A stretch of 63,957 nucleotides of DNA, counting the filler, from Perkinsus chesapeaki ATCC PRA-425 (taxonomy: Eukaryota; Protista; Perkinsozoa), in the NCBI GenBank assembly GCA_013115145.1. It is 9 parts of 9 records of this genome, joined end to end, with 100 filler letters (N's around TTAATTAATTAA, not from the genome) between each part and the next. Parts side by side here need not be neighbours in the genome. Positions count along the whole stretch, not along the records: positions 16,986 to 29,465 come from JAAPAO010000811.1; positions 29,566 to 39,694 come from JAAPAO010000903.1; 7 more parts are not named here. One strand, written 5' to 3'. Shown piece by piece: positions 20,041-33,000 of this stretch (position 1 is the stretch's first letter; each line of letters starts with the position of its first letter). The notes under the pieces were generated by a model that was given only the letters and a program-made list of their open reading frames with translations, made no database searches and was not told the DNA's origin. The translations under genes were made by a program, and so were the position numbers.

Positions 20041-23000
20041 CTAATTATCATTTCTAGGCACCCCAGTTCTCAGAAATATCAAAACCATACCTGACACGAA
20101 AGTTGTCTCCGAATTGGTTAATGAATCATAGCGGACGAACCTCTTCGTATAGAAGTCGTTGTAGTCCAAACGATGTGTAAGATTCTGAACATATGTACCA
20201 CCGGCGCTTCCTCTCTCTGTCGTGCGACTTTGAAGGGCTCCTAGGAACCCTTTAAGATGCGAGTCGAAGGTATCACTGAAAACTCGCAAGTAATGTGGTG
20301 GACCAATACGCCGTATGCTACCGGAATTTTTCGATCATTGCTTTGTAATGCTTAGCTGAAACCTTATTGATATAATGCTCTCTTGTAGCCTGACATAAAG
20401 AATGCCCACATTAAGGACCGCTGCGAAAAACCTTATTCCAACTCTCACATTCAGTCGGCTTTCGCGGGCTGTGCTCCCAGCAGTGGACTCTAATGGACCG
20501 AGGACAGCGCTCGCCTCGTAATAACTGATATCATCTCTATTTTTACCAAGCCCTACAATAGATATCTCGCACTGTAACATTTATGAAATAATTTAATGAA
20601 TGCTCTACCCGATTCTCCAATGGTGAAGCTACCCATGTGCTTCGAATATAGTGAGCAAGTGGATAGCATCTTCGCCAAGTACTTGTATAAAGACACAGAC
20701 TCAGAAGTCAGCAGCATTTCCTAAAGATTCAATCGCCCGTCACAACAGGCATTGCACCTTCAATAGAGTATCCAGAAGATTTTGGAAACTGGACATCACG
20801 GCTTCGAGCGACGTTGGCTGGTTAGAACCGTACCAAGCCTTAGAGTCAGGTGAACATGAGGAGGGCTCAAGCATTTGTAGGAACCTATGACGCACATTAC
20901 AACACTAAAGGAAACTGGTGGTCGCCTACGACTCGAACTTTGGTTGTATAACCTCTGTTGTGGCGTAATATATGTAATTAGTTACAAACTGCTTCATGCG
21001 ACATAACAACACTGACGACTCAAAGACCGCTTGGAGGCCTGATTTAGGCTACTGGGGGCAAGCGGCTACAGAGAGGCACCCTCAGTATCTTGGCCAGGCG
21101 AATAGAATGGCTTAGTCGACTGGAAATCCAACCACACTTCCGAGAGACGATTTTGAACCCATCTGAAATGCAAGTCGGATAATCTTCGAAGCAACATTTT
21201 ACTCGAGCTTACCGGCAGTAACAAAGGTGTCTGAATATAACTTGGAGTTTAAAGACTGCTGGTGTTGATAACACAAGCGATAAAGGCCATTGAACTTCTC
21301 GGAGACCAAGAGTGAAACACCTGATTAGATAGGTGTCCTTATAAGCTGGTGACGCCGAATATTATCAGATCCTACCGAATTCCCGTCGGTGCTCTAGAAG
21401 CGTCGCCGCTGCGTTGCACAATACTATATGGAGTGTAGCTTCTCGAGGCAAGTCTAAATAGGCAGACGGTCGGATGAGGAGAGTTTGCTGTTGACTCACT
21501 TGCGTGGGGTTTCTTCAGTAAGGAAAGTCTGCATGCAAGCCACCACTTCGCCACAGTACGGATCTGTGTGGGTACCTAAATTAAAATGGATTGACGGAAG
21601 ATTCCCTACAGTGCTATTCATACTGCTGGCGGTGGACCGTATGGCCAACTCTAGGAGAGTGTTTATCCTATTCATATCGACTGAATCCACCAGCTGAGCC
21701 TCGAGTTCATCCCCAGCGGTGTCGAGGAAATGAGATAGCCAATCACTTCGACAGAGTAGGAAGTGATAGTGAATGGAAGAGAGTCTGGCCTGAACAATGT
21801 CACAGTTCACTGCGGAGGTTTCACAGCCGGAGGGCATCACGTTTATATTATAATATTCCATTCAGGGTGCCAGTATGTAAACTTACCTTTAAGTCAAGAG
21901 ACTTGATGAAGAAGGTGTAGAGCTGCTCGACTGCCCACTTCTGTGCCTTATCAACCAGAATAGCCAGCGACCGTCGCCAAGCTTCGTCCATGGGTGTGCC
22001 CCTACAAACAGCAGGGGTTGAACTGGGAAGGATGCGCTAATCGAACGTTACGGTAAAGAGCAGAGTTTGAGGATTTCCGAGGGAGGAGTTGGCAGGAAAG
22101 TGTTGGTCTTGAGAACCTAAAGACAACAACACAGCTCAGAGCGAGATAGAGGTGATAATATAAACCCCTCCACAAAATTATATCACATACGGTTGTCCAG
22201 CGCTAGCCCATCTAATACAAAGAGTTTACCGTTCATTTTTTGTCAGTTGATCCTTCGGGGTGTATGAATCACGATAGTCAGGACATCACAGTCATGACAA
22301 AAAATGAACGTTAAACTCTTTGTATTAGATGAGCTAGCGCTGGGAAACCGTATGTGACATAATTTTGTGGAGGGGTTTTTTATATTCCTATTTGAGCGGA
22401 ACAGTCTGTCTGGATGCATTGGCTCACCCGTAGGGCCCTGCCAGCTTCCAGGATCTTCCTCTCCATTGTGTTGTTAATAAAGAAAGGCGTTAGCTCCGTG
22501 ACAATCAAGAATCTTTCATTCCAGAACCTACTCAGAACCAATCATCCACCGCTAGCACTATAGATTAGGATACTTTTCTGCCTCCTGTGAGCTGCAGGGT
22601 AAGTCAGGCGCAGTGTCCACTATTAAGAACTCCTGCTGTTGAACTGGTGGACTGGAGACAAGTCTAACACAAAGCTTCATACTTAGGCATTAATGGGTCA
22701 CTCTGCATTTACCGTCCTTGCAGCATCCAGTCATATAGAAGAGACAGAAACGGTGTTACTGTTGCGGACAGGAGGCGGAGGTGCAGGGCACCATCTAAGG
22801 ACAGAAGATGCTTCTATAACGTATGACTCGCTTACTGAGACTGCGAGCCGACATTTGAGCCACTTTGGAGAGAACCCAGTGTGAATCCTGTTATACTGTA
22901 AGCAAGTCGTCACAGTCCAGACAATTTCGGAGGAATTTGGCAAATTTCACCTCGCTTCCGCGGGAGCCGACATTTCGAGCTAAAGTGAGGCCACCTAGCG

Positions 23001-24382
23001 AATATTGCCAGATTGTGCGAATCAGCTCGTTTGTCGAATAAACAACATTACACATCTAGTGGGGATATACAGGAACGACTCTTCGCAGGGAAGCCGCCCC
23101 ACCACTGCCAGGCTGCGTCACTATCACGAGGCCATGTTGAATAATAGTGTGAGCAGCCTCTAGACAACCGTACCATGAACGGTCGTCCTCTGATCGTATA
23201 CGCTATCAACTATAGCTCCTCCGCGTTTATGCCAACACTTTCTAAGTACTCGGCATGCCAGGTCTAACTCTTGGCTGGTTGAGAGGAGGCATAACCTAAA
23301 GAGAATGTTTAGTAGCAAGCATCCGGGAATGACACACTTCACCGCGCTGAGGGTCATCTCGGAACTTCCCTCAACCTTCGATCGTAACTCAGCTACTCTC
23401 AGATAGATATCAGAAATCTGGAAAGGAAGGTGGAAAGGGAAGTGAGATCTGCAAGCGATTGCTGACCAGGCTGTTGAGCTCTTCACACAGCCCTTCACAT
23501 ACAGAGCCAAATCCCCAGCCTTCATGCTCCTGAAGATCCACGAGAAAGAATCACGTTGGGCTAATGTAAGCGCTGACGCTGATTGATCTGCGGGAAGCTA
23601 CGGGGACTCTCGGAAGTCGGAGGAGGAAAGCTGGCAAATACTCCAGAATCGATCTCACACAGAATGCAACACAGAACATAATGAACGAATGAGAATGCGA
23701 ACAGAATGACAAGCCTTCGACTGGCTTCCTCCTTGGAATCCAAATGATCCGATCTTGATAGTCTGCTGTATTTCCACATAGTCGTTGTACGATAAGATTT
23801 TCGAAGGTCGACAAGAATTCCCCTCCCGGTATCGCGTATGTAGTCGACAGTATTTATGGCGTATTTGTCAAGGCCATCGTTACCTTGATAAATGTCTTAA
23901 CAAACTGAAGTTGCTCGAGTAGCGGTAGCATCTGAGTTGCAACTTGTTGTAGGGAGATATCACAGCCACCGAGGCCACATAGCATTAGTCGCCTTCGAAC
24001 TGCCCAAGGTGATGATCTGAAAACACCGTTGATAACTAAACGAGAATCTGCCATCATTCTACAACTCAACCCTATAGTGTACGGAACAGAACCCTGTCGA
24101 CAAGTGAATCTCATTCAGCCCAATCCAGTCGCTTCAAGTAAAGTAACTCCTATCATTCCTTACCCTTCATTGGTAGCTTCTTCTGGCGCTCTCCTGTGCG
24201 TCGCCGATCTCTCGGTGATATGAGAAACTCTCCCACCTAGTATGGCCCCGAGTATTTCTAGTATTAGTAACTGTCAACAATGATTCAACAACCTGCCATG
24301 CTGGAACTCTCTGACCCTCTCCTGTGCCTCGGTGGACATCGTTGAGAAATCGGGCCTCGGCAATAGGGGCACAAACGGCCAT
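20041..24382 (-). CDS. TUBGCP2: Gamma-tubulin complex component 2 (Spc97-like), multi-exon; 3' end approximate
   Basis: DISLQQVATQMLPL; LSSIHYHFLLCRSDWLSHFLDTAGDEL...INTLLELAIR; NLTHRLDYNDFY; start ATG at 24382. Confidence 0.75.
22162..22378. mobile_element. MITE in a GCP2 intron (about 84-bp TIRs, about 49-bp spacer, TA-rich flanks)
   Basis: 22162-22245 is the reverse complement of 22295-22378 with about 5 mismatches. Confidence 0.85.
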
Positions 24383-24802
24383 GGACCTACCCAGGAGCCC
24401 TCATCAGGCGAAGACTGAGTGAGGCTATGGGAAAATATGCATGGTAAGGTAACTCGGATGGTACTACAGACTAATAAATGACAGAGGGCAGCATTGTTGC
24501 ATTACAAGCCAAAGCGTGTGAGCAAAAAATATCTGTGATTGCGCTGCGGTTAGTACCATTATCAGCTGGTTAGGGTTGACGCATATAAAATTATATAATA
24601 CTTTTCAAGGATTAATATACTTTGGTTTACAGAACTCCTGAAGAATGGCGGCGAATGTATGCTATGGAGTAAAAGTGACGATGGCACATCAACATTAAGG
24701 CCGAGTAACTAGCATGCTCAAGTCCCCCATGCTGCTGGGGGACTACTACACAAATTTTAGTGATGAATACTAAGCAAAACTTCCTTTTAGGTCCCGCACG
24801 AA

Positions 24803-27710
24803 TTACGCGACGGGGCGTACTGAATATTTCATATTCCCACCTTCCTCCTCCTCATCATTATCTTCTAATACCCCGCAAGAAGGCAGTATCATATCTATGC
24901 GACCAATGAGCCAAAGGCACTCCTGTCGTTTGGACGACTCTCTGCAGTATAGAGCAGATGAATGTCCCGAAGACGCAGTCACATCGGCCACTGATAGGTA
25001 CCTGAGATCCTTAAGGTTCATTTCGACTTCATCACAACTTACTGTCCCCATCTGTTCCTCAACAGCACGCGCGGTGACCGGAGCGGAACAGCTTCTTTCG
25101 AGTCCAAATCATCGGGGCAGACTATGGTCCATCGGCACAATTCAGGCAGCTTCAATTTCGACAGCCCTCCGTGAGCAGAAACAGGCTGAGAACGATTCGA
25201 GGGTCGCGTAATCACCGCAAGTGACTACGAGAGCCATCGCCCCAACCGAGGCTTCCTTATCGATACACAAGGCCACAGTGATGACTGATGTGGCCTTTGA
25301 GCCGCCGGCAGCTTCATCAGCTGCAGCACCAGCGAAGGACGATGCAATACTCAGGGATGAGTGGACCTGGTGGGAGCGGTAGGGTATACAAATGAAGAAG
25401 GAGCTACTTTTTTGACAAGAGCAACCGAATCACCGTAATGGAGAGCTCCTTCGCTTTTGCCAGGGCAGACTACTTTCCACTGTGATGAGTGACCTGAGTC
25501 GAGTTTCTGATACGTCCACTTGTCATCACGACTTGTTTCAATATGCACACACTCTGGTAAACAGCGTCCACGACACCACAGGTAGAACGGTGGAGTTCAC
25601 CGCTACAACCCGCAATAGTTGTCACTGCATCACTTCATTGTACCGCGATATTCCTATTGTGCAGATCTTAGCAATGCGAGTCAAACTGGCTCATTCAGAC
25701 TGAGGAGCACTATAGAGGCTCACTTTCTGCCGCCACTGCTCAGCTGACCTACCTCATGTTTGATACTGGCAAAGTCAACGGACTCGGATGTCCTACCACC
25801 GCAGCGAGGGAGCGGTTTTCTGGCTTCCACTTGATTATACCGAATTATCCCCTGTAGCTACAAGCTGAGTATTTCAAGACTACAGCGAACTATCGTGCGG
25901 CGCGTTCTGAACTCTCTGCGCGGTAGTTTTCCACATAATTTCGTTACTCCTTAATCAGCTCGTTACCCCCTATCCAAGGTATTCAGGTTGCTATGCAGCA
26001 GCCAGCTCTTGTTGTCGGGGAAAGGGATGACACAAAAAGGCCCTTCCCTCGCTTTTGAATCACCCCCATAATATGTCCCTTACCGCGGGTATATCCATCG
26101 CCAGCAGCTGTATGGAAGGGATGGCTGCCCATAGCTGACACCTTCAGTCTCTCATTAATATCGACTTTGGTCGGCAACCTACTAATGGTTCAACAAAGGT
26201 ACATAGCGGCATCAGCAGCAGCACCGAGCCTACCCGGTGAAGCTGCTATCATCCACCAGTTTACACGCCAGATACCTGACAACACCACGCAAGATTCCTC
26301 TCCTGATAAGAAACAGTCCATCTAAAACGGAATATTCAGAACGGTGCTCTTTCATTCATCATGATGAAGAGAGCGCTGAAACAGTGACAACTACCATACT
26401 AGACACACTAGTGCAGAAAATAATAGAGGTACTAGAAAAACTGGAGCCACGAGTCTCAAACCCGAGTTGCCTACCCGCTGCCAGTAGCACTCTTAATTCC
26501 AACGTCCGTGCCATGCCTAAGCACAACACAACATCGCCAGATGAAGCAAAGGCAGCGGGGGCGGAACTCTCACCAGAATCCTCCGCACTCTGTAGATTCT
26601 TCGCTCTTTGCCTTTTCAACGGCGGCAGATGGCGCCTCCATTTCGATAGTGATTCACAGTCGGGCTACGCACACTTCCAATCCGCAGTGACAACGCGACA
26701 CAAAAGGGGACAGAAAATCCATTTTACAGTTATAAGATTTAACGGAAGAGTAGAATAATGGCGATGCTGCTGCACAACTGAGGAACGGTAGAAACTCATG
26801 AGATGGGACCGGGGCCGCAATAAGGAACTGCCCCAGACTAGTTAGATAGACAGACAGACTGGTTTAGAGCACAGCAAGGAGCATAGAGAAGTAAATAGCA
26901 AATTACGCCACCGAAGAGGGAGGTAACGCCAAGTGGTCAGCTGCCGCAATCGCTTCAACAGAGGTCGGTGCGTCTCCACCTGCTTCAGTAGATGGCGTCG
27001 TGGGAGCCTTATCGACAATGCTATCGCAGGAGCTAACCTCATTAGTTGTGGAAGCTGTATTAGTAGGCGATTGTTGATCCTTCTTTACACTAATCCTCGC
27101 TGCTGCTGCTGCTGCTGCTGTACCAGCCGTATCCATAGAGCGTGCTGCTTTGCTCGCAGGTGGCACTAGCGTATCGGTGGAATCTCGCCCATTCAAAGCG
27201 TTCTTTTTCTCTGCCCTATCGCCACCGTTATTAGCCTCCTCTGCCTTATCGTCACCCTTCTTTACAGCGTTAGCCTCCTCCGCCTTATCGTCACCCTTAT
27301 CCAGTTGTTTGCTTTCATGTTTGTCCTTCTCCTCTTCACTGCTCTCCAGCCCCAACAGATCGGCCTCTTCCACCTTAGGTTCCGTATCACCATCCGTCAT
27401 CGTCGCTGCCGGTATACTAGACCTGGCCAAAGCTACTATAAATGCACTCAGAGCCGCTTACTTCTTCATTCCCTGCGATACCACATTTGACGGAGTTGCC
27501 ACTGATAAGAGCGACATAGCGTTACCGGCAGTCGCTATGCTGCTGCGTAGCATCACACCTGATACGAGTGAGGAACGTGAGATGCTCCCAGAACGAATTC
27601 AGTTGATGGTTGCTTCCGCTCTGGGAAGATAACGAAATGCCAATCCCTGCTCCGCATCATCAGAAGCGCCTCTAGATCCTCAAGGAGCACATTTCTGTGA
27701 GGACCATTCA
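24803..27710 (-). CDS. Multi-exon gene, possibly eIF2B/IF-2B family (beta-like) with a long low-complexity insertion
   Basis: RKQPSTEFVLG; GDVVLCLGMARTLELRVLLAAGRQLGF; CKLVDDSSF; acidic KGDDKAEEAN repeat in 26903-27430. Resemblance is weak and the exon chain is not fully solved. Confidence 0.35.
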
Positions 27711-27849
27711 GTAAGGGAGTCCTCTAGTAGCTAGTATGTGACTAGTTGTGTACGAGCGTTTTGATCGATTTGGGCCGTTTCACTCGCTTCCATTATGCCT
27801 GGAAAACTGTCCCCTTGTTGCGTGTCACAAATTACTGCTAAGAGTTTAG

Positions 27850-29100
27850 AGGAGCAGTGGCTGAGAAAAGGGAGACGAGGTATCCATTTGGTCATCCGAG
27901 TCATCCCGAATGACAGTGCTGCACACGCAGCCTCGGCGCATGAAAGCGCTCAGTAGCACAGACAAGTACAGTGCGAGTGGATTAATCATAAGAAGAATAT
28001 TATTATCGCAACTTCGGTTTGCTTCAAAAATCTCAGACTGGGGAAGGGACAAGTGTGACAATATGAAAGCAAATTGCTCTAACGCTTCAACCATGGGAAA
28101 AGGTTACTGCTAATCAACTCTGTAGGCTACCAACTATCTGAGATTCAACTGAATCAAATCCCTCAGCCCCCCTCCCACCTGCATCTTTGCCATATTTCCT
28201 GGCCGCGGCTTTGGAGACTTCATCTGCTGCCGCACCTTGAAGCTCTGTCTTGGCCGAGTTGAGCCCCGAGAATACTCTGGCAACCCCTGTCACTGCTGCA
28301 CTGCCAACCTGAACAGACGATATGAGGGCAAACAGAGGCGGTGTATCCCGTTGATGCTACTAAGTCTTGTAGAGCGAGCCAAATCTAATTTGAAATGATT
28401 ACCAGCCCTTCTAAGAAAACATCGTTCCGATCAGACTTGATTACTAAGCCTATAATAACATCACTATCTGGAATCCAGTGAATTTCTAAAAGAGGCGGAA
28501 GTTGGAACTGAAAGAGTGGAACAGAGACCACACGTGGCCCATATGTAAAATGCATTACACAATTTGTGGCGCATGTTGCCTCTTTACCTTATCTGCCGCC
28601 ACAAAGTTCTTATCATCCTTCATCTCCTCCCGCAGCCCTTGTAACTAAACAGCACAGTTTCCCCCGGTAGGTTAACGCATCCACGATAGCACAACACCTT
28701 AAGACTCCTGATTCCGACACCTAACTCGCAGCAAAATCGAGTAACTGCCCCCTGCCAATCGACCAAAATACTTCAGTAATATTATTTTATCATTCAATTA
28801 CTAAATACAACTACCCTACTGCACTTACCGCTGCCGTTCCTGCTCGAACAAGATATCCCCCAACCGTCCCAACAGCTGAGTTAGCCGCTGACGCCACCGC
28901 TTCACTGGCCGACTTCAAACCCTCTGATAGAGAGTGGTAAGCACAGTAGAGAAGATAATGCACACTCACCGAATACAGCTCTGGCGTCGTCATTGCTGTC
29001 ACTGGCAGCTGAGTCGGTGGACTGTCTAGCTGATGGATCCTCGGGAACAGTGTAATCTGAGAAAGACGGTTTGAGCTATCAAATTCGCAGCATCTCGGCC
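27850..29100 (-). CDS. Senescence/spartin-associated-domain-like protein, multi-exon
   Basis: LSEGLKSASEAVASAANSAVGTVGGYLVRAG; VGSAAVTGVARVFSGLNSAKTELQGAAADEVSKAAARKYGKDA (resembles the KYG motif of the senescence domain). Confidence 0.5.
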
Positions 29101-29465
29101 GGACGCCTAGCGTTGAAGCCAATCTAGACTGTTGGAGAGGAAACAGTGGAGTAGAGAGCGATTTTCGTTACCATTAGACTAGACTATCAATTTATCTGGT
29201 TGGTCTGATAGAGGTCCTATCCAACTCCATCAGATAAGGTTGGACCAAATATGTTGAATGCGCTCTACTTGGCAATGATACACAGCGTTAGAAAATCGAT
29301 GAGTATCAATCAGCCCCAAAACTACAGTACGCGCAATCTAAAGCGCGCGTTTGGTGTCACCGGCATAACTTCTTAACTGGATGACATATCGACCTGAAAT
29401 TTTGCGTAGACACTCTCGTAATATAGTTCTATTGTTAAAATGCTTCACAGGCGGAATTATCTGAA

Positions 29466-29565
29466 NNNNNNNNNNNNNNNNNNNNNNNNNNNNNNNNNNN
29501 NNNNNNNNNTTAATTAATTAANNNNNNNNNNNNNNNNNNNNNNNNNNNNNNNNNNNNNNNNNNNN
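29466..29565. other. Artificial contig linker
   Basis: Same 100-nt N/TTAATTAATTAA/N block. Confidence 0.98.
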
Positions 29566-29870
29566 ATAGGGGAATAGTAAAGGGGGGTTAATAATAGGGG
29601 AATAGTAAAGGAGGGTTAATAATAGGGGAATAGTAAAGGGTTAATAATAGGGGAATAGTAAAGGGGGGTTAATAATAGGGGAATAGTAAAGGAGGGTTAA
29701 TAATAGGGGAATAGTAAAGGAGGGTTAATAATAGGGGAATAGTAAAGGGGGGTTAATAATAGGGGAATAGTAAAGGAGGGTTAATAATAGGGGAATAGTA
29801 AAGAAGGGTTAATAATAGGGGAATAGTAAAGACGGGTTAATAATAGGGGAATAGTAAAGAAGGGTTAATA
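29566..29870 (+). repeat. 28-nt G-rich minisatellite (ATAGGGGAATAGTAAAGGRGGGTTAATA), about 11 copies
   Basis: Read directly; one shortened unit; runs into the contig edge. Confidence 0.95.
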
Positions 29871-30063
29871 ACCGTTTTATGTGCACTACAGCTTCACGCC
29901 TACTATAGTGGCCACCAATCTCGCGACAATTGGCCAAGTTGACGAAATGTTACCAAGTGTAAATGGTTTACAGTAAATCCCTTTGTTTGTTACATGTCTA
30001 GACGGAATCCATCTTTCACAACAAAACACTAAATACGCGGTATTCTTGTGAAACCAGGCAGCA

Positions 30064-33000
30064 GTGTCGCCGCGGATTCAGAAACAGCAGAGAGCAATAC
30101 ACATACCGCGTTTTACGCGTATATTATCCTGTATTTTACGGTGTATTGCATTTCCGGGATACACCACTCTTGAGATTGGATTCCAGTGTAGAAGTGATAG
30201 CAGCTTGAACTTGTATATTGGCAATATCACTTCGAATGGGCTGATCTTCGTATTACCTATTCCCTTGAAATGTGCTCCGCTGAAGAGAGAGATCTAGTTA
30301 GAAGAACGCTGTCCCATCTGCACTGTGGTTGTTCATCGGTATTGTCAGATACGCAGATTATACAGCATCCGGCAGAGGCCTTAAATGCATTGAGGACTTC
30401 ATTTCGACTAGAGTTCTACCGATGTAACTTAATTATTATTATCATTATTATTAGACTAGGATCAGGTATGGTAACACCCATTCGATAGCATCGGCAACAG
30501 CACGTCAAACCACCTTTTATCGTTCTGAAGCTCGGGAGAAGGTTAGGGCATATTTCAATGCTAATCATGAAGATTCTGGTAGTAGGGTAGTGGGGAAAGT
30601 GGATTGAATTTGCCGGGGAATCGTCGGCCTTGCCGTTATAAAAATCCCTCAAGGGCCATTCTAAAATTGCTCTTCTGTGATGGCTTAGCTTGAGATGTGG
30701 GGGCGGAGGGTAAAGATTTGTTCCTGGTGAACGTAGTCATAATCCAGGATGATGTAAGAGATACGCCAATCTGTACGGAAGCGAGGAAGGATAGGCTTGG
30801 CCTTCGCCGGTCTATTTCAATATCACGTTCAACTATATATTTGACAGTCGATGTTGGACTGTACCGAAGTTAACCTTAAAAATATCTTTCAGTTATATTC
30901 TGTGGTGCGGGCGCTACTGGTGCATCGGCGAAGTTCCTTCAAATGTTATGGAAAAGTCGAGGCTTCGATCAACAGGGGAATGACGATGAGAGGAAACATT
31001 TCAGAGAAGATAGGTATTAAATGGCGCGCGGGAAAATGAGGGCTTGTGCTCCTCGGGGGGCTAGCTAAATGTTGTGGTCGAAAAGTCGGTAGTGTTTCCA
31101 ATCCTGGCGGATCGGTTAAAATGAAATTTAGTATCCTCGGTTCCGTTGGGTGCTTCCGATGCGACTAGTGGGAGTGCTATTTAATGGGCGCGTGACTTTT
31201 ATCAGGTGGGGTGGGTGTGAATGTACACTATGTGGAGTTCGGTTGAAGAATGAGTCCGTTTATCGATCCCACGTTAAAACTGTTATGCATTTGGAGAAGT
31301 TGAATGATGATGATAAAGAAAAAAAGAATAATAAAATAACCAGAAGAAGAGCGGTAAGAAGCTGACAGGCTACCACAGTCCTAGTAGTATAACAAATCCC
31401 TGCCTTTGAAGTCAAGAGGTCACCTACTCTATCAGTTGGTATTCAGGGGCTCCTTCAGCAACCCCAAGTATCACCTTTCTTTTCCTATTAGTCTCATATT
31501 ACCATTGTTATTGATATAACTCATATCTGGGTTTCTGTCGGAAAATAATGTTTCTGGAGTAAAGAGGAACATCGTATGCATTCGTATTAGCAAAGCTCGG
31601 CGATTCTCTTTCATCTTCCCCTGTTAATCTGCCCAGGGTAGTGGTAAAGCGACGAGGCCTGGGCTATCCAACAACCGTTCAAGCAGTGCACTACTATCGG
31701 TAGCTGGGCACTTCGATGTTGGTCCAGCACGGGCAATAGTGCATACCCTCTACAGTGTTAACTTGCCGTATTACCTGACGACTATCTATCTTCATGATGG
31801 GTTTAGGTATTGGTGTTGGACCCAGTAAATCATCACAGCTCCACTTTACCATTTCGCGAGATAATCAAACAGTTTCCAATAGTAAAGGGAGGATCAGCGT
31901 CAGGTAGGATTAGACAAGAAGCTGTGATTCGATGATCATATCCCCCTCGGCTTCTGAGTAAATATTGTTATACGGCTGGAGGAATACAGAGCAAATAGTA
32001 CGACAAAGCTTAACGGTACAGCTACGCTTTGGTGAACTGCTGTTGGACTGTGAAAAGTGTGCTTCGAGGGAAATGAATCTTCACTAGGTTTACCGTTTGT
32101 GGTTTATGAATGGGCGTTAGGGTCCATTTAATAACGTGACTAATACACATAGGAAACATCTTGTATTATAGTGCATTGTGAATGGTAATATATTATAACA
32201 AGTTTGCACATAAGAGATATATTAATAAATGTGATGGTTCGGAGTGCATTTCATTCTCAGTTGCTGGTTCATCATACAACATATCTAATAATGTGGATGG
32301 CAGTATCAATAATATATTTGAAACTGAGCTAGTGGTAAGTGATGGGATTGATTGCTTATTTGGAAAATAGTATTGTCAACAAAAATTATGAAATAAACCG
32401 GTCCACAAAATTATATCACAGACGGTGTTTCAGCGGTAGTTCATCCGATACAAGGAGTCTAACGTTTATTATATATTATTTCATTTTTTTCGTTCTTTTC
32501 AAAGCGTTTATTATCATTGGTTATGATTATATGATCATGATATTATTAAATGATCATAATATTATTATATATATAAATATTGATCTCCCAAATAATCGAA
32601 CCGGATGACGAAAGTGTCATGGTTTTACAAAATCCGTTCTCAATTGTTATCATTTCGCTATGCCCCAAGTTTCGTATTATTAATCGTAAAATCGGGAAAG
32701 TTATAACAGAAGAACTAGTTTGCCTAATGGTTTGGTTAACACTGTACTGTAACAGTATTACTTTGATTCTCGAGCTCCCTGCAGCTTGGTCCCTGCAGTA
32801 GCTAGTTCGTTATAACACTTACATGTATATCTGTTTAATTGATTATAATGCATTCATGTTGGAACGCTACACAGTGTGAACCAAACCGTTATGCGAATTC
32901 GATGACGTAACTTGTCCTATTTTCGATATACGATATAATATAATTGTTACGGTGGATATGATTACACGAAGCCTCGTCTCCAAGTAGCTTATCTAGCTGC

